From Eledone cirrhosa (lineage: Eukaryota), in assembly GCA_964016885.1 (NCBI GenBank), contig OZ024747.1:74028001-74092000 (forward strand): 64,000 bases of DNA, written 5' to 3'. The notes under the pieces are model-generated. The model ran no database searches and was not told the origin of the DNA. It saw only the letters and a list, made by a program, of their open reading frames with translations. Made by a program: the position numbers and the translations under genes. This document shows positions 14,104 through 28,633 of this stretch, piece after piece; within the stretch, counting starts at the first letter, position 1; every line of letters starts with the position of its first letter.

Positions 14104-14266
14104 ATATATGTGTGTGTGTGTGTGTGTGCGCGCATGTGTGAATGTGTGTGTCCATGTGACTCTGTATGTGTGAGTATTTCATTTTTTGTTGTTGCTGTAA
14201 ATTCTCAAATATATATTTGTTTGTTTATTTCTGTTTTACTCTATATTCGCAATTTTCTGTTTAGGA
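13878..14266. repeat. Inverted duplication (~150 bp arms) centred on a (TA)n tract
   Basis: 13878-14030 is the near reverse complement of 14110-14266. The ORF track shows the same peptide on both strands. Confidence 0.9.
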
Positions 14267-14621
14267 TTTATATTTATATTTATATTTATTTATATATATG
14301 TGTGTGTGTGTGTATCTGTATACACATTCATGCGTGTGTGCGTGTGTTGGTAAGTATATACAAATATTTATATATATATATATACATATGTAAATATGTA
14401 TGTATATATGTATCTATGTATATATATTATTTTGTAAACAAAGTGAATGTAGTAAATACGTTAAACATACATGCCCCTAGAGATGGCGAAAAGTGGACAG
14501 TCTGACCCGGATCACAGTGTTCACATCTTCCATCTCCAGCTGCATATATGCCTAACTTACTAGACTGTTGTCTAAACTCAAGAATGTGCATTGTAGATGT
14601 AAGCTCTCAACAAGCTTAATT

Positions 14622-14687
<66 letters not shown>

Positions 14688-14689
14688 GC

Positions 14690-14736
<47 letters not shown>

Positions 14737-14753
14737 CACACACACACATATAA

Positions 14754-14834
<81 letters not shown>

Positions 14835-15218
14835 CATATATATATAAACACGTACAAGGTGCGAGTTTATGCATTTGTATAAAAACATTTATACATCCGT
14901 ATATACATAAACTATTCGACATAATAATTTACTAAAATGTATTTGAAGATGATTATCAGAACCGAAGCTAGATCTTGATTGCAAATCTCGATATAAAATT
15001 ATTTAGTGGCATAAATCACTACTAGCTTTGCTTTGACAAATGTATGACAGTTATAGGTTTTGTTAATGCCAGTATTTTTTTCATTTAATATTTCTTGTTC
15101 TAATAGTTACTGTCTCATGAAAATAACTCTTACTTCGGCAGCGACATACGTATACTATTACTTCACCAAAGACAAACCACTTAACACAGCTAATGTTTTT
15201 TCTCCTTGTGTTCTCCGT

Positions 15219-15298
<80 letters not shown>

Positions 15299-15303
<5 letters not shown>

Positions 15304-15814
15304 TAATAAAAACAATGAATAAAAACAAAGAAACAGTTCCTTATATTAAAAACTTCATCATTTTACGATCGTTTCTAGGATATATATGTGTGTGTTGGTA
15401 TGTATATCATATAGATCTATGTAAAAGTTTTACAAACTATCAGAGGGAATATACATACCTACACATATATATGCTGCCTTCAGAAATAATATTTATTTCT
15501 GAAGACAGCATATATATGTGTAGGTATGTATATTCCCTCTGATAGTTTGTAAAACTTTTACATAGATCTATATGATATACATACCAACACATACATATAT
15601 ATCCTAGAAACGATCGTAAAATGATGAAGTTTTTAATATAAGGAACTGTTTCTTTGTTTATATTCATTGGTTTTATTAATTTAACTTGACTCTGTTTTCC
15701 TATGTTCTTCATCGAAAAATATTTGAATACACCTTCTCTGTTCATGATATTTGGATTACATTGAGTTCTTCATACGGATTGGAAACTACCGTATATTTTG
15801 GTAGATTTATCTAC

Positions 15815-15815
<1 letters not shown>
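15299..15815 (+). mobile_element. Fold-back hammerhead element (palindrome 15299-15683 plus unpaired tail)
   Basis: Near-perfect ~190 bp arms centred at 15491, tail 15684-15815, (TA)n on both sides. Confidence 0.85.
15495..15622 (+). ncRNA. Type-I hammerhead ribozyme with ~100-nt extended stem II
   Basis: ATTT-CTGAAGA-[long hairpin GTGTAGGTATGTATAT/ATATACATACCAACAC]-GAAA-CGATCG-TA-AAAT. The mirror copy at 15360-15487 (minus) has CTGAAGG. Confidence 0.7.
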
Positions 15816-15878
<63 letters not shown>

Positions 15879-15998
15879 TAGAATTGGAGCTCTGAAATAG
15901 CAATATATAAAGTAAGTGAATTTGTCACTACTCTAAAACAATAGCATACGGTCTTCAAAATGCTTTTAATTAAGCATAAAGTGTATTGCAAAATACAT

Positions 15999-16086
<88 letters not shown>

Positions 16087-17354
16087 TATATATATATATA
16101 TACACATATATATATATATTTATATATATATATACATATATGTGTGTGTGTGCGTGTGTGTGTGTGTGTGTGCGAGTGTGTGTCTGTGTGTGTGTGTGTG
16201 CGTGAGTGGGTGTGTGTCTATATATGCAGAAATAAGCGGGTGCAAGTATGGAACGAAATGGCTTTTACTCCGCATCTCTGGCTTTGTCTATCACTCTCTC
16301 TTTCTATCTCTCTCCCACTCTCTTTATCTCTCTCCACCTCTCTCTATCTCTCTCTCCCTCTCTCTCTCTCCCTCCCTCTCTCTCTCTCTCTATTTATCTA
16401 TCTATCCCTCTCTCTCACTCACTTTATTCATTGTACCAACTGTTTTTGCACAAATATCATTTTCATGCAGTGTAAGATTCAGGGTTCCAGTAAAAAATAG
16501 TTACGGATGTCATCATTTGACTATTATAGATTATGTATATATTCAATCATAGCCGACCATCGGCTAAAGAACAACAACATTTGCAACAATTATCTTGGTG
16601 TATATGTAATTCTACAATATGCTGCAATGTTCTGATGCATCGTATAGTGAAAAGTTGTTAGAGATAGGGTTTTTGCTCTTAACTGGAATGAATGGATTAC
16701 TAAAACAGATATCTGATATTACAATTTAATTAATATGTCTAAAGAGCTTTAATCAAACTTTCAACGCAAAGTAATATAAAATTTGCTTATTCAAATATAC
16801 CACCATCATCATTGTACACATATCACATGAGAGATTAGGTGTAACTATTTATAAATGTTCATGTGTATCGAATAAAGTTCGAATCTCTTGCAGCTAGCTT
16901 TAACACTTCAGTTCTACATACTCGGCTTCTATTCCAATTAATACAATATGATGTATGTGTGATAAATATACAAACAGCATAACCACTGGTGGTATAATTG
17001 TTATCCATATATGTGTTCACACAATTGACACCACAAAGATATTCGTGGTAACATATCAACAAAACGAATTGTAATAGTTTTAACGCTGCATCAGAACTTT
17101 ATAACATACTCTAGAATTACATATACGCCAAGAAAATTATTTTGCAACTGAATAAAACGAGGAAGGCGTTAACACGAACGTGGTATAGTGATAAGCATAT
17201 TTTAGCAGTAAGGTTTATTACTATTAATTAATTTACTATCCTATAAGAAATGTAGAGTAATCTGAAAACTTAACTACGAACATAGTGCCATGAAATGTAA
17301 TTTCTCTAAAATCTATTCTAGTATATTAGCTCTGTATTATATTGGTTATAGGAT

Positions 17355-17500
17355 TGTGAATCGGCAGAGACTTTAGAACGATTTGCGGTATTCGTTTAGA
17401 AGCTCTGCTCTCTGAGTTCAAATACTGCCGAGGTTAGCTTTGGCTTACATCAAATAGTGGTCGATAAAAAAAGTACCAATTTAGTACTGTGGTCGATTCT
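17355..17500 (+). mobile_element. SINE family A, eroded
   Basis: GAGTTCAAATACTGCCGAGGTTAGC...GGTCGATAAAAAAAGTACC. Confidence 0.6.
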
Positions 17501-18387
17501 TCTTCTCACCTCAATTCTGTCACTCTCTTTATCCTTCTCGTGAAGAAATCTGAGGAATTCAGACCTGGAGAGGAGATTGATTGAGAGTGGCGAAGAAAGA
17601 TTCACCACTACCGCAACTAATGACGTAAATGAAGTAGAAATTACGCCACCTACTAGTCTACACCACATATTCGTCTAAGACATAATAGTAGTTTCTTTTT
17701 TGAACTAGATAAAAAATGTTCAAAACTTTTTACGAGTGTTGACAAGTATTGTAAATATGAAGCGATATTCTGAAGTAGTAAAAAACAAATGAGAAACATA
17801 TCATATAGACGTTGGCAAACACACACGAACTAAAAGCATCCTAACTTGCTTCAAAATCATATCTCAACAAGAAAGGACACTTTAGATAATGTAGTCTTAA
17901 ATTAGATATCTCAAAAAAAGAGACGGGCCTGTGGGTGGGCCACATCGCGTACCAATACATTAGTTAAATACCATTCTTTCAACTGATATATCTCTAAATT
18001 ATATTTTGTACAATAATAAATTACGTTTAAGACCAAGTCTATGATAGAAAAAAAAAAAAAAAAAGATGTTCAAAGTTAGATCAGATTTAGCGTAGTTTTC
18101 TAGAATTATATTTGGCCTAGGGCTAAACAACAAAAACATTACTATCAACAACTTCCCAAAATGTGTTATAAATATGTTTGACTAGCGTCCGGCTCTGGGG
18201 AAAAATACAATAGCTGTGCCTCTGATGTTTGAAAAATTTCTATTGACAGCTTGGAAATATGGCAAAACTGTCTTACATTAGATGGTACACACGGGAAACA
18301 ATAAATCGTCATAATCTTGTGTTGCTACTAAATAAATCAAACCAGAGTCCTCTACCTAATAAATATGAATATTTTTACACAGAAACA

Positions 18388-18419
<32 letters not shown>

Positions 18420-18452
18420 ATAAATGGAAAACTATATTTATAAAACCATATT

Positions 18453-18518
18453 TATTTCATTATATATATTTCGGGGATATCATATTAACAATATGCTATG
18501 CCTTCATCAGACAAAATA
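18453..18518 (-). ncRNA. Type-I hammerhead ribozyme (inverted copy)
   Basis: Reverse complement of 20314-20379. Confidence 0.7.
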
Positions 18519-20313
18519 CAATATAAACAGTTTTATAGATAAATAGGTTCGACATACCGTTATAACACCGACTTCATTTGAAGAGGTTTACGCTGGCTGT
18601 GAAAAAATTTTACACAGAGAGAAAGAAAAAGAGAGAAAACAGAAAGAAAGACAGAAAACGAAGAAAAGGAGATATTCTTCGCAGAGGAGATATTCTTCAT
18701 ACTAAAATCTAAAAATTCCCTTAACCTACGGACAAATTTATTCAGTTGTTGCAAACATAGATTAAACTCAACGTTTAAATATAAATTTAAATTTAAAATG
18801 TAGTATATTTAGTTTGATTTATATTTATATGGGAAACTAGCCGATAAATTTTTGATTCCTAAATCTTTGATTCCTTCTTTTTACTCTCTTTTTATTGTTT
18901 GTTTTTATTTTATTTTTATTTTTATCTAAACATTCCTCATGAAAAATTTAGCTACCCTAAAAGCTGATGCTCCAAATTTTTTGAATAAACCTTACACTGG
19001 ATAAACTTCTATATTAAATATAAGAACATATATAGACCTAATTGGACATCATAATCTTTTTGAAATGATCTTTGCTAGATGTGATTTGATAAATAATTTT
19101 TGGCTTTGTCTTGTAAAGAACTTGGCAATATATTGTCAATTAACTTTGAAGGGTTGATCTTTGTGGTGTATTTTTATTTTTATTTTTATTTTTATTTTTA
19201 TTATTGTAGTATTCTATAATATTTTTTATTTTTTTTATTGTATTTTTTTTATTGTATTTTTTTATTGTATTTTTTTTATTGTATTTTTTTTATTGTATTT
19301 TTAATATCTTTAATATGTAAATTTTTAATACGTAATATTTTTTAATACGTAGTATGTTTAATATATAATATTTTTATTATGTAATATTCTTTCGTAATAT
19401 TTTCTAATTTTTTTAGTGTTCTATTCTATATTTTTACTTATTATTATTATTGTTATCTTTTTATTTTTAGTTTTGTTTATGATATATATTTTTATTAGTA
19501 TATTGAAATCTGCTCTCTACTTCTGCTTGATAGATAATCTTGTAGAATAATGACAGGAATAATAATACACATATTTGTATGCTCAAATTTTTATACCACA
19601 TTGAGAATGTTTTCCGTGAACTTAGAGTTTGCAGAGTGAATCAGTTAGATTCGCATGGATGTTTGTAGCTGTCACATAAACATATGAATTTTTTTTTTTT
19701 TTTTTTAAACTAAACATAAGATAATTAATTTTCACACATTATAGATACTTGTCTCATTCAGGAATACTGATATTTACAATATAGTGTAAGTTTTATAAAT
19801 ACTAATACATTAAAACATAGGGTTTTTACGCCTCGAATATATCTGGCTATTTTTTAATTTTTTCTCTCGCTATTTTTTACTCTCTCTATATTTTTTTCTC
19901 TCTCTCTATATATATATCTCCCTTACATTAATACTTGAGCTAAATAAATAAATAAATAAATAAACGTATCATTGATACATTTACTCATAATGACCTCCCA
20001 CTACCTAATTTTTCTATATATATATATATGTATCTATCTCTATTTCCTCTCTCTATATATATATATATCTCTTTCTGTTTCTTTACATGAAGTTCTTCGC
20101 TTTATCTATCTTTCCATCTCTCTATTTTGTTCCATGCATTTCCTCTTTCTCTTCTTTTTCTTCCTTTTCTTCGTTTTCTGTCTTTCTTTCTGTTTTCTCT
20201 CTTTTTCTTTCTCTATGTGTAAAATTTTTTCACAGCCAGCGTAAACCTCTTCAAATGAAGTCAGTGTTATAACGGTATGTCGAACCTATTTATCTATAAA
20301 ACTGTTTATATTG

Positions 20314-20379
20314 TATTTTGTCTGATGAAGGCATAGCATATTGTTAATATGATATCCCCGAAATATATATAATGAAATA
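20314..20379 (+). ncRNA. Type-I hammerhead ribozyme
   Basis: TATTTTGT-CTGATGA-[stem II CATATT gtt AATATG]-GAAA-TATATA-TA-ATGAAATA. Confidence 0.7.
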
Positions 20380-22044
20380 AATATGGTTTTATAAATATAG
20401 TTTTCCATTTATTTAATATTGTAAATATACTCCAAATATTTGTCGAGTGCTTTTATACCAGTTATAAATATTTACTAGTTGTAACCCAACAATTTTAAAT
20501 ATAACTTTCCATATATATATATATACATATATATATTCATATTATATATATATATACTTACATATTTTCATATATAATATATCTATGTATATGTGTGTTT
20601 GTTTGCGTATATGTGTGTATATATTCCCTCGTACCCTCTTCTGTGAGCTTCCTCTTGTTACAATTTACTTCATGGTTTCTGTTCGTCGCCGGGACCTCAT
20701 ATCATAGTTGCTTTCACCTGTTCTGCAACTTAATTTTCTGTTATAATGAGGGGCAAGAGGACAGCTCAAACATGACACCATGAAAAGGTTGCATAATCCA
20801 TCAAGCAATCGTGAACAATTAGGAGGCACACATAATCATCAGAATCATCAGAAGAACTGAGGCTGCGGGGAATAACTCTACCGAACCAATTATTGAATTT
20901 ATTAATGAAATAATTATATAATTTATTTCAAAACGTAAATGACGTTAGATGAAATATTCAGTGAGAAAGAAGTTGGTGGCTTCATTGTTATATGGTCATT
21001 ATTCGTAAGTATCATCTAGTACATGTTTGCTTTCAAGATATTACCTGTCATATTATTTTCGTCGCTGGTTCGAAAGAAAACGCGTGATTATGTAAACCTT
21101 TGCGGATATTATTGAGCTCCCCGTACTTGGAATCATCGCGGTTGAATTTCGATATTGCCTTTGTGAGCGGCGTTGAAGAGATAAAGAAAAATTAAGTGAT
21201 ATTAGGTATAGTTAAATATAACTGCGGGAATTTCATTAACTTCGTTGCGAGTCTCATTAAATGGATCGAAAATTATTAAGATTACTTCGCAGAGGCAATC
21301 TCATAGCGTGACTCATAATAGAGGTGTATATGTAATTAAACACGATATATTTATATATAAATCTTATGAATAGAATAGTGTAGTTAATCCGAATCATGGT
21401 GAGATATGTAGTAAAGCATTACTTTGTTTTGTTTCATGTGTCATCATTTACTCTTCCTATTTCCCTAACTCATTGTACCGACTTCTTATGAACGTTTATT
21501 AAATATATAACTATTGTATATACTTCCATATACAACTCTATTAATCGGATAATATACAAATGTTGTGCTACACACATTTCCTCGGAACAATGTATACAGA
21601 ATTTAAGGTTGTGTATGAAGGGATTGATGCCTTATTGACAAGTACTGTAATGCAATGCACACGGCAACAGAGGGTAGTGAGCTTCAATTTACAGCATTTC
21701 ACCATTGTGTGGTTCAGGATCGGGAATCGTTTAAATTTTGTTTATGTATAGATTTGCACATATCATTCATACGATGTATTTTATATTTTATGAAGTATCT
21801 CGTGTCAATGCCCGATACAATGAAGACAGATCGTTTTTTCCACTTCGTACAAGAATCATTAACGCCATAATACCTCTTGTTGTTGTTCTCTGTTCTCTTT
21901 GACCTTCAATAATATTTCTATTTAGTGAGCGGTTTCTCTCTCTCTCACTCTCTCTCTCACTTCCTCACTCTATCTATGAATCTATAAATATATATATATA
22001 TATATAAATATATGTGTGTATATATATATATAATCTCATTATTT

Positions 22045-22140
22045 CTGAACTGAGTTCAAATCCCGCCGGGGTCGATACAATAAAGTACCAGTAATGCACT
22101 GGGTAATTGCTGGCCTTGTGCCTAAAGTAGAAACAATTAT
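22045..22140 (+). mobile_element. SINE family A, internally deleted
   Basis: GAGTTCAAATCCCGCC fused to GGGGTCGATACAATAAAGTACCAG...GTAGAAACAATTAT. Confidence 0.7.
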
Positions 22141-22322
22141 TTCTGAAGACAGCATATATATGTGAAGGTATGTATATTTCTTCTGATAGTTTGTAATATT
22201 TTTACATAGATCTATATGATATACATACCAACACACATATATATCCTAGAAACGATCGTAAAATGATGAATTTTTTAATATAAAAAACTTGTTCTTTGTT
22301 TTTATTCATTGTTTTTATTAAT
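22139..22322 (+). mobile_element. Single arm of the 15.3-kb hammerhead family (ribozyme 22139-22264)
   Basis: Closely matches 15495-15680. CTGAAGA is at 22143, GAAACGATCGTA at 22249, and the copy ends in (TA)n. Confidence 0.8.
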
Positions 22323-22455
22323 ATATATATATATACCTCGAAAACATATTTTAGTGAGGTGATATTAGATGTGTCCCCTTCCTCAGCAAAACGGTTAGAT
22401 GGAATCAATATGCATAGCAAGAGAAATGTGCGTAACAAGTCCATACCGGATAATA

Positions 22456-22512
<57 letters not shown>

Positions 22513-22946
22513 CTTCCACGTTTATAGAGATAAAAATAAAATTATTTCAAACAAGTTACACAATTATATATATATATATGTGTGCGTGAGTGCATAGGTG
22601 TGCGTGCGTGAGTGTATAGGTGTGTGTGTATATATATTTTTCTTCATTCACTCATAACTGTTTTTAGTCATTAGACAGGATCATGCTGTGGTCTTGATTT
22701 AGTCGTTTATATCGGGACTAGGATTTATTTGTTCAACTTTAGATCTTATTTTATCGATTTAGTTTTTGATGAACCGTTAAGATAAAAGCACAGACACAAA
22801 TATAAATATAAACCCGAGAACACACCGATACATACAGACACACACACACACATGCATACATACACACATACATATTTGCCAACATACATGCATACAGATA
22901 TAGAGTTACAACATTTATATCTTTTATATATATATCTTTTATATAT

Positions 22947-23028
<82 letters not shown>

Positions 23029-23717
23029 GCCTCTGTGTGTGTGTCTGTGTGTATGTGTGTGTCCAAACATGTTTAGATTTATATGTGTCAATATTGGTTT
23101 ATATGACGTAACAAATGTAGAACAGAATTTATTAATCAGACATACATATAAACACTCACATACATACACACACATACACACACATATCCATACACACACA
23201 TATGCATACACACTCATATCTATACACACATATACATATACATACATATTACATACATATACATGCACACATTCATATAGAAAAGCGAGAGAAGAATACT
23301 CGCCTCAACACGATCCTATATCACGTAATAATATTTTAGTTTAAGCTATACTCCTATATAGTATTTTCTACTAACCAATTGCCTATCTCCATCTAATAAT
23401 CCTTTATATCCTTTTGTCATGAAATATCTCAACCTTTTATCAGAACTGCCATGTTCACAGCTACTTTTTCTATATGAACTATTGTGAGGGAATAATAACA
23501 TATTGTGTTATGCTACCTGCCACAATTCATAGAAGAAATCGTACAATAAAATCAATATTGAATTACATTTATAAACATATATTTACATAGCATAATAAAA
23601 TAAAAACATATATATATATATATATGCAAATATATCAAGTTGCAGATGCACACACATACATACAAACATCACACACAAGCACACGCACACATATACATAT
23701 TTGTGTGTGTGTCTCTG

Positions 23718-23791
<74 letters not shown>

Positions 23792-23848
23792 TAGATAGAT
23801 AGATATAGATATATATATAGAGAGAGGGGGAGAGGGAGATAGATAGAT

Positions 23849-23883
<35 letters not shown>

Positions 23884-23993
23884 AGTGCATGAATACATAC
23901 ACACACGCGCATTAATATATATATATATATATATATATTGTTTTTGAAATGCGCATAATAAAATACATGGAACTCCTTTAACCATCTTTTGAT

Positions 23994-24046
<53 letters not shown>

Positions 24047-24507
24047 TCTTTTTCTGAAGAAACGATTGTATATTAGTTTGATCTTTGTTATTTCATTATA
24101 TTTCATATTTCCTTATTAATTCTTTCATATTAGAACTGAAGTCCTTTAAAATGCATTTAAATGTTTCAAGATCTCCCCGTGATAATGTAAGGTGTTCCGA
24201 TATAATGTAAGGTGCGTGAAGAAAACCACAACACTGCCATCATTTTATTGCGAAGATATAAAAGTGAATGCCTCACAGCCTTATGTGATTATCTATCTAT
24301 ATCTATATCTAATGTATTTTAACAATGTCTCATATAAAATAATACAATTGGCTATCCGCAAAATACGTATAGTTAACACCCCAAACGTATAATTGGGATT
24401 ATACTAAGGTATATCCTAAAGTTTGTTGAGTGAGACGGAAGCCGGTCGGAGTATTGCTTAAAGCTTTCTCTGTTAATGTATTAAATATATATATATATAT
24501 ATATATA

Positions 24508-24876
<369 letters not shown>

Positions 24877-25113
24877 CATGACCTTGGCAAGCTATTTAGA
24901 ACACTGGTTTAACAACTTTACTTCCCTCCGAAGAAGAGATATTATCTCGAAAATTAAGACTATTTAAATAAATTTAAGGTAAAAGATTAATTGTCAACAA
25001 CATCTTTTGCATTTGCATTTATATTCTATATCCATACCTGCATTGTTTTAGCTTTACAAATACAAACGTTTATGCCTCATCACACAATGCTTCAAGTGAA
25101 CTATAACTTTCTC

Positions 25114-25141
<28 letters not shown>

Positions 25142-25144
<3 letters not shown>

Positions 25145-25322
25145 GGAAAAAGTATGACCCCGACGGCAGAGCTCAAGCCGTTTCGACCAGAAATAGCCGT
25201 CGAAACGGCTTGAGCTCTGCCGTCGGGGTCATACTTTTTCCTATTTCCCACTCTACTACCCTAAGTATTGAGTACTCTTGTGCGTTATGGTCCATCTGGT
25301 TCCTTACCACAATTCCTTTGTT
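25142..25322 (+). mobile_element. Second copy of the fold-back mini-element
   Basis: Perfect 46-bp arms (25142-25187 / 25199-25244), an 11-nt loop, and a tail homologous to 24618-24696. Confidence 0.85.
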
Positions 25323-25352
25323 ATATATATATATACATATATATAAAGAGTG

Positions 25353-25423
<71 letters not shown>

Positions 25424-26289
25424 CATCCACATACATACATTCATAAATACATACATATGTATATATGTATGCATACTTATACACAAATCAATGTATATAT
25501 AGCCAATCATCTTATTTTCGCTTCTGTGCGGGTGTGAGCGTACGTCATGAAGATGGATAAGGCTTCTGAAATACTAGTATTTGACATTCTCCCAAGTTTT
25601 CTGTGGTACCTCTTACACAATCACATCTTAAAATACACAAATCAAGGATTCTGTGTCTTCAATATAAATAAACGTATTGTATATAGTTTAATCTACACCT
25701 CTGTTGAGAGTTACACCATGATATATTTTCCCTGATACTGATTATATATACTCGGAATATTCATTCCCAACAAATATCCAAAGACAGACACATGCTTACG
25801 TTGAGGAAAACGCACAACCTAACATATTCACATAGATAAATACAAGCATTTAGTCATATATATATATACACACACATGCACACAGACACACGGCCAAATG
25901 TTCTGGTACAAACACACACACACATGAGCGCGGGCGCTCACGCACACATACACACACGTATCTGTACGCACAGAATTATCATTAAATAAATACAAAAGTA
26001 GACAAATATAAGACATTAAAATATATTAAAATCTCGATTCACATTCTGTTTTCTGTGAGGAAGTAGAAGATTGTCTAGTATAGTGATGACGTAAGAGTCT
26101 TGAAATTAATGGCTATTGTTACAAGCATCATATTGCTTTGCTGTCATTAACTTTTCATTTTCTAGAAAATAATTGCAGTACTGCCATTCTGCCAAATATT
26201 AAATCATTTCGTATATGAACGTCAAAATTATCTATTAAATATATGAATACACATCGCATCTTAAACTTTATTATTATTACTATAACGGG

Positions 26290-27150
26290 TCTTTCCCTAT
26301 CCGCCATTCCTTCACATGCACATCCACCCACGTTGTCTATGCTCTCCAGTATTCCCTTTGCGGGTCTTTATATATCGGACAAACGGGACGCCGTATGCCG
26401 GACCGTTTTGCCGAACATTTGTGGGACATGCGACTCGGTTTGGATACTCCTGTCGCCCGTTATTTCTGTTCTCCTGGTCATTCTTCCCTACATATTTCAG
26501 TCCTGGGTGTCCTTTTACATCATAGATCACAAGCCTCGCGCACCAGAACTGAACAAAATCTGATTCACGGTTTTGTGTCCTATTCCCCTCTTGGACTCAC
26601 CTCCCCAATTTCTGTAATACCCCGTCCATTATCACACCCTTAGATACCTATCGCTTTCTCTTGATCATTAGCAGCTTCTCTTCCGACTAATACATGCCGA
26701 TACACACACTTATATTAACATACTTCTGCTCATAGCTTCGTACTTACATGCACACACACTCTTTTACTCACATATACACACGCATTTCTTCTTAGCTTCG
26801 TACAGATCTATAATAACACACGCACACACATGATTACGCACGTGCTCAAGTATAGCTCTTTTTACAAAACGTTTTCTTTTCCATTTCAGGTAGACGCGCG
26901 CCATCATCCACTTTTCTAAAAAACGAAACGCCAGCACCAACAGTTTTGCAACAGATGTCAACATGAATGGACCTATTATTTTTATCTAAAGACATTTTTT
27001 CCAATTCCATCCCGCCCGTCCCTTAATCTATTTTATTTATCATTATTTCTTCTGATGAAGGACTAGCGTCTGAAACGTTAAGACCCTCTTCCTGCTATAT
27101 CAAGCGTTAACCAAATATATTCCTTCCATATACTGTACTGATTGTGTTGT
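26290..27150 (+). mobile_element. PLE 3' remnant: GIY-YIG fragment plus pLTR
   Basis: In-frame HSFTCTSTHVVYALQYSLCGSLYIGQTGRRMPDRFAEH...TPVARYF...EQNLI, followed by a hammerhead at 27048. Confidence 0.85.
27048..27083 (+). ncRNA. Minimal type-I hammerhead ribozyme
   Basis: TCTT-CTGATGA-a-GGAC tagc GTCT-GAAA-CG-TT-AAGA. This is the canonical PLE minimal form with palindromic AACGTT. Confidence 0.85.
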
Positions 27151-27172
27151 TATTTCTGTTTACCTTTTACAT

Positions 27173-27560
<388 letters not shown>

Positions 27561-27570
27561 TAATGTGTGA

Positions 27571-27634
<64 letters not shown>

Positions 27635-27770
27635 TGTATGTATATATATATATATATATTATCATAATCGTCATCATCATCATAATTTTACGTCCGCTTT
27701 CCCCTGCTTGCGAGAGAGGGACCAGGTGTTATTCCACACACCATATCTCCAGTCGTCACGGTCCTTCGTC

Positions 27771-27813
<43 letters not shown>

Positions 27814-27819
27814 TATTGT

Positions 27820-28633
27820 TATACTTTGGGAGGGTCATGTTGCTAATAAGAAACACACGCACCAGTTGCTTTCACTCTAATTTATTATAAATTAAATTTA
27901 TAAATTTAAGAATTTATAAATTTCCGGTTGGTTGGTTCCACAACCGGACGGTTGTTCATATATTGTCAAAGTTCTTTCGTCACACATTCTGTGACCTCTT
28001 CAGTGACTGGGGATTCTTTTCTTTGTTTTGTGCCTCTCCTTTGTTCTGTCCTACGCCATCTTGTTTTTGTGTGTGTTGTGTGTTTCGTTTGCGCATGTGT
28101 TACATCCGGGTGTCTGTGTGTGTTTTTATTTGTTTATTTATTTGTTTATTTACATGTTACTGGTTGGTTGTTTGTTCTATGTGTGTGTGTTTTCATGTTG
28201 TCCTTAATTGTAAGTTGTGATGTTGTTATTCCAGTCATATTTTCTATTTAATTTTGGATGGAGTTCATTTATGTTTATTGCGTCTGTGATTTGTCTAAAC
28301 ATTGCGTCTTTTCTGTGTGTAGATTTTATTTTTATTTCTAAGTTCTCTAATTTTCCCTTATGTTCTATTTTAGCATGTTGGTGGAGTACTGATGAATCTT
28401 TTCTATCTTGAAGCTCTCGCCAGTGTTCATTTAATCGTTCTCCTATACTACGAGCTGTCTCACCTATGTACACTATATTCTTATCTTTACATTGCCCTTC
28501 AGTACATCTTATGCTATATACTATGTTTCTAGTTTTACAGTTAATATGGGGCTTAGTTTACAGATTATTCATTTCTTATTTACCAAACTGGTGCGTGTGT
28601 TTCTTATTGGCAACATGACTCTCCCAAAGTATA
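27820..28633 (-). mobile_element. PLE 3' remnant: GIY-YIG fragment, hammerhead, and short inverted terminal copy
   Basis: ORF 28204-28473 reads YIGETARSIGERLNEH..SVLHQH..HPKLN. 27820-27867 and 28586-28633 are inverted repeats. Confidence 0.85.
27965..28007 (-). ncRNA. Minimal type-I hammerhead ribozyme
   Basis: GTCA-CTGAAGA-g-GTCAC agaatgt GTGAC-GAAA-GAAC-TT-TGAC. Confidence 0.8.

Larger units (their letters stand above)
18412..20510 (+). mobile_element. Non-autonomous PLE-like element with 259-bp inverted termini, AT-rich interior and 90-bp 3' tail
   Basis: 18412-18670 is the reverse complement of 20162-20420. Tail is 20421-20510, flanks are (TA)n, and each arm holds a hammerhead. Confidence 0.85.
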
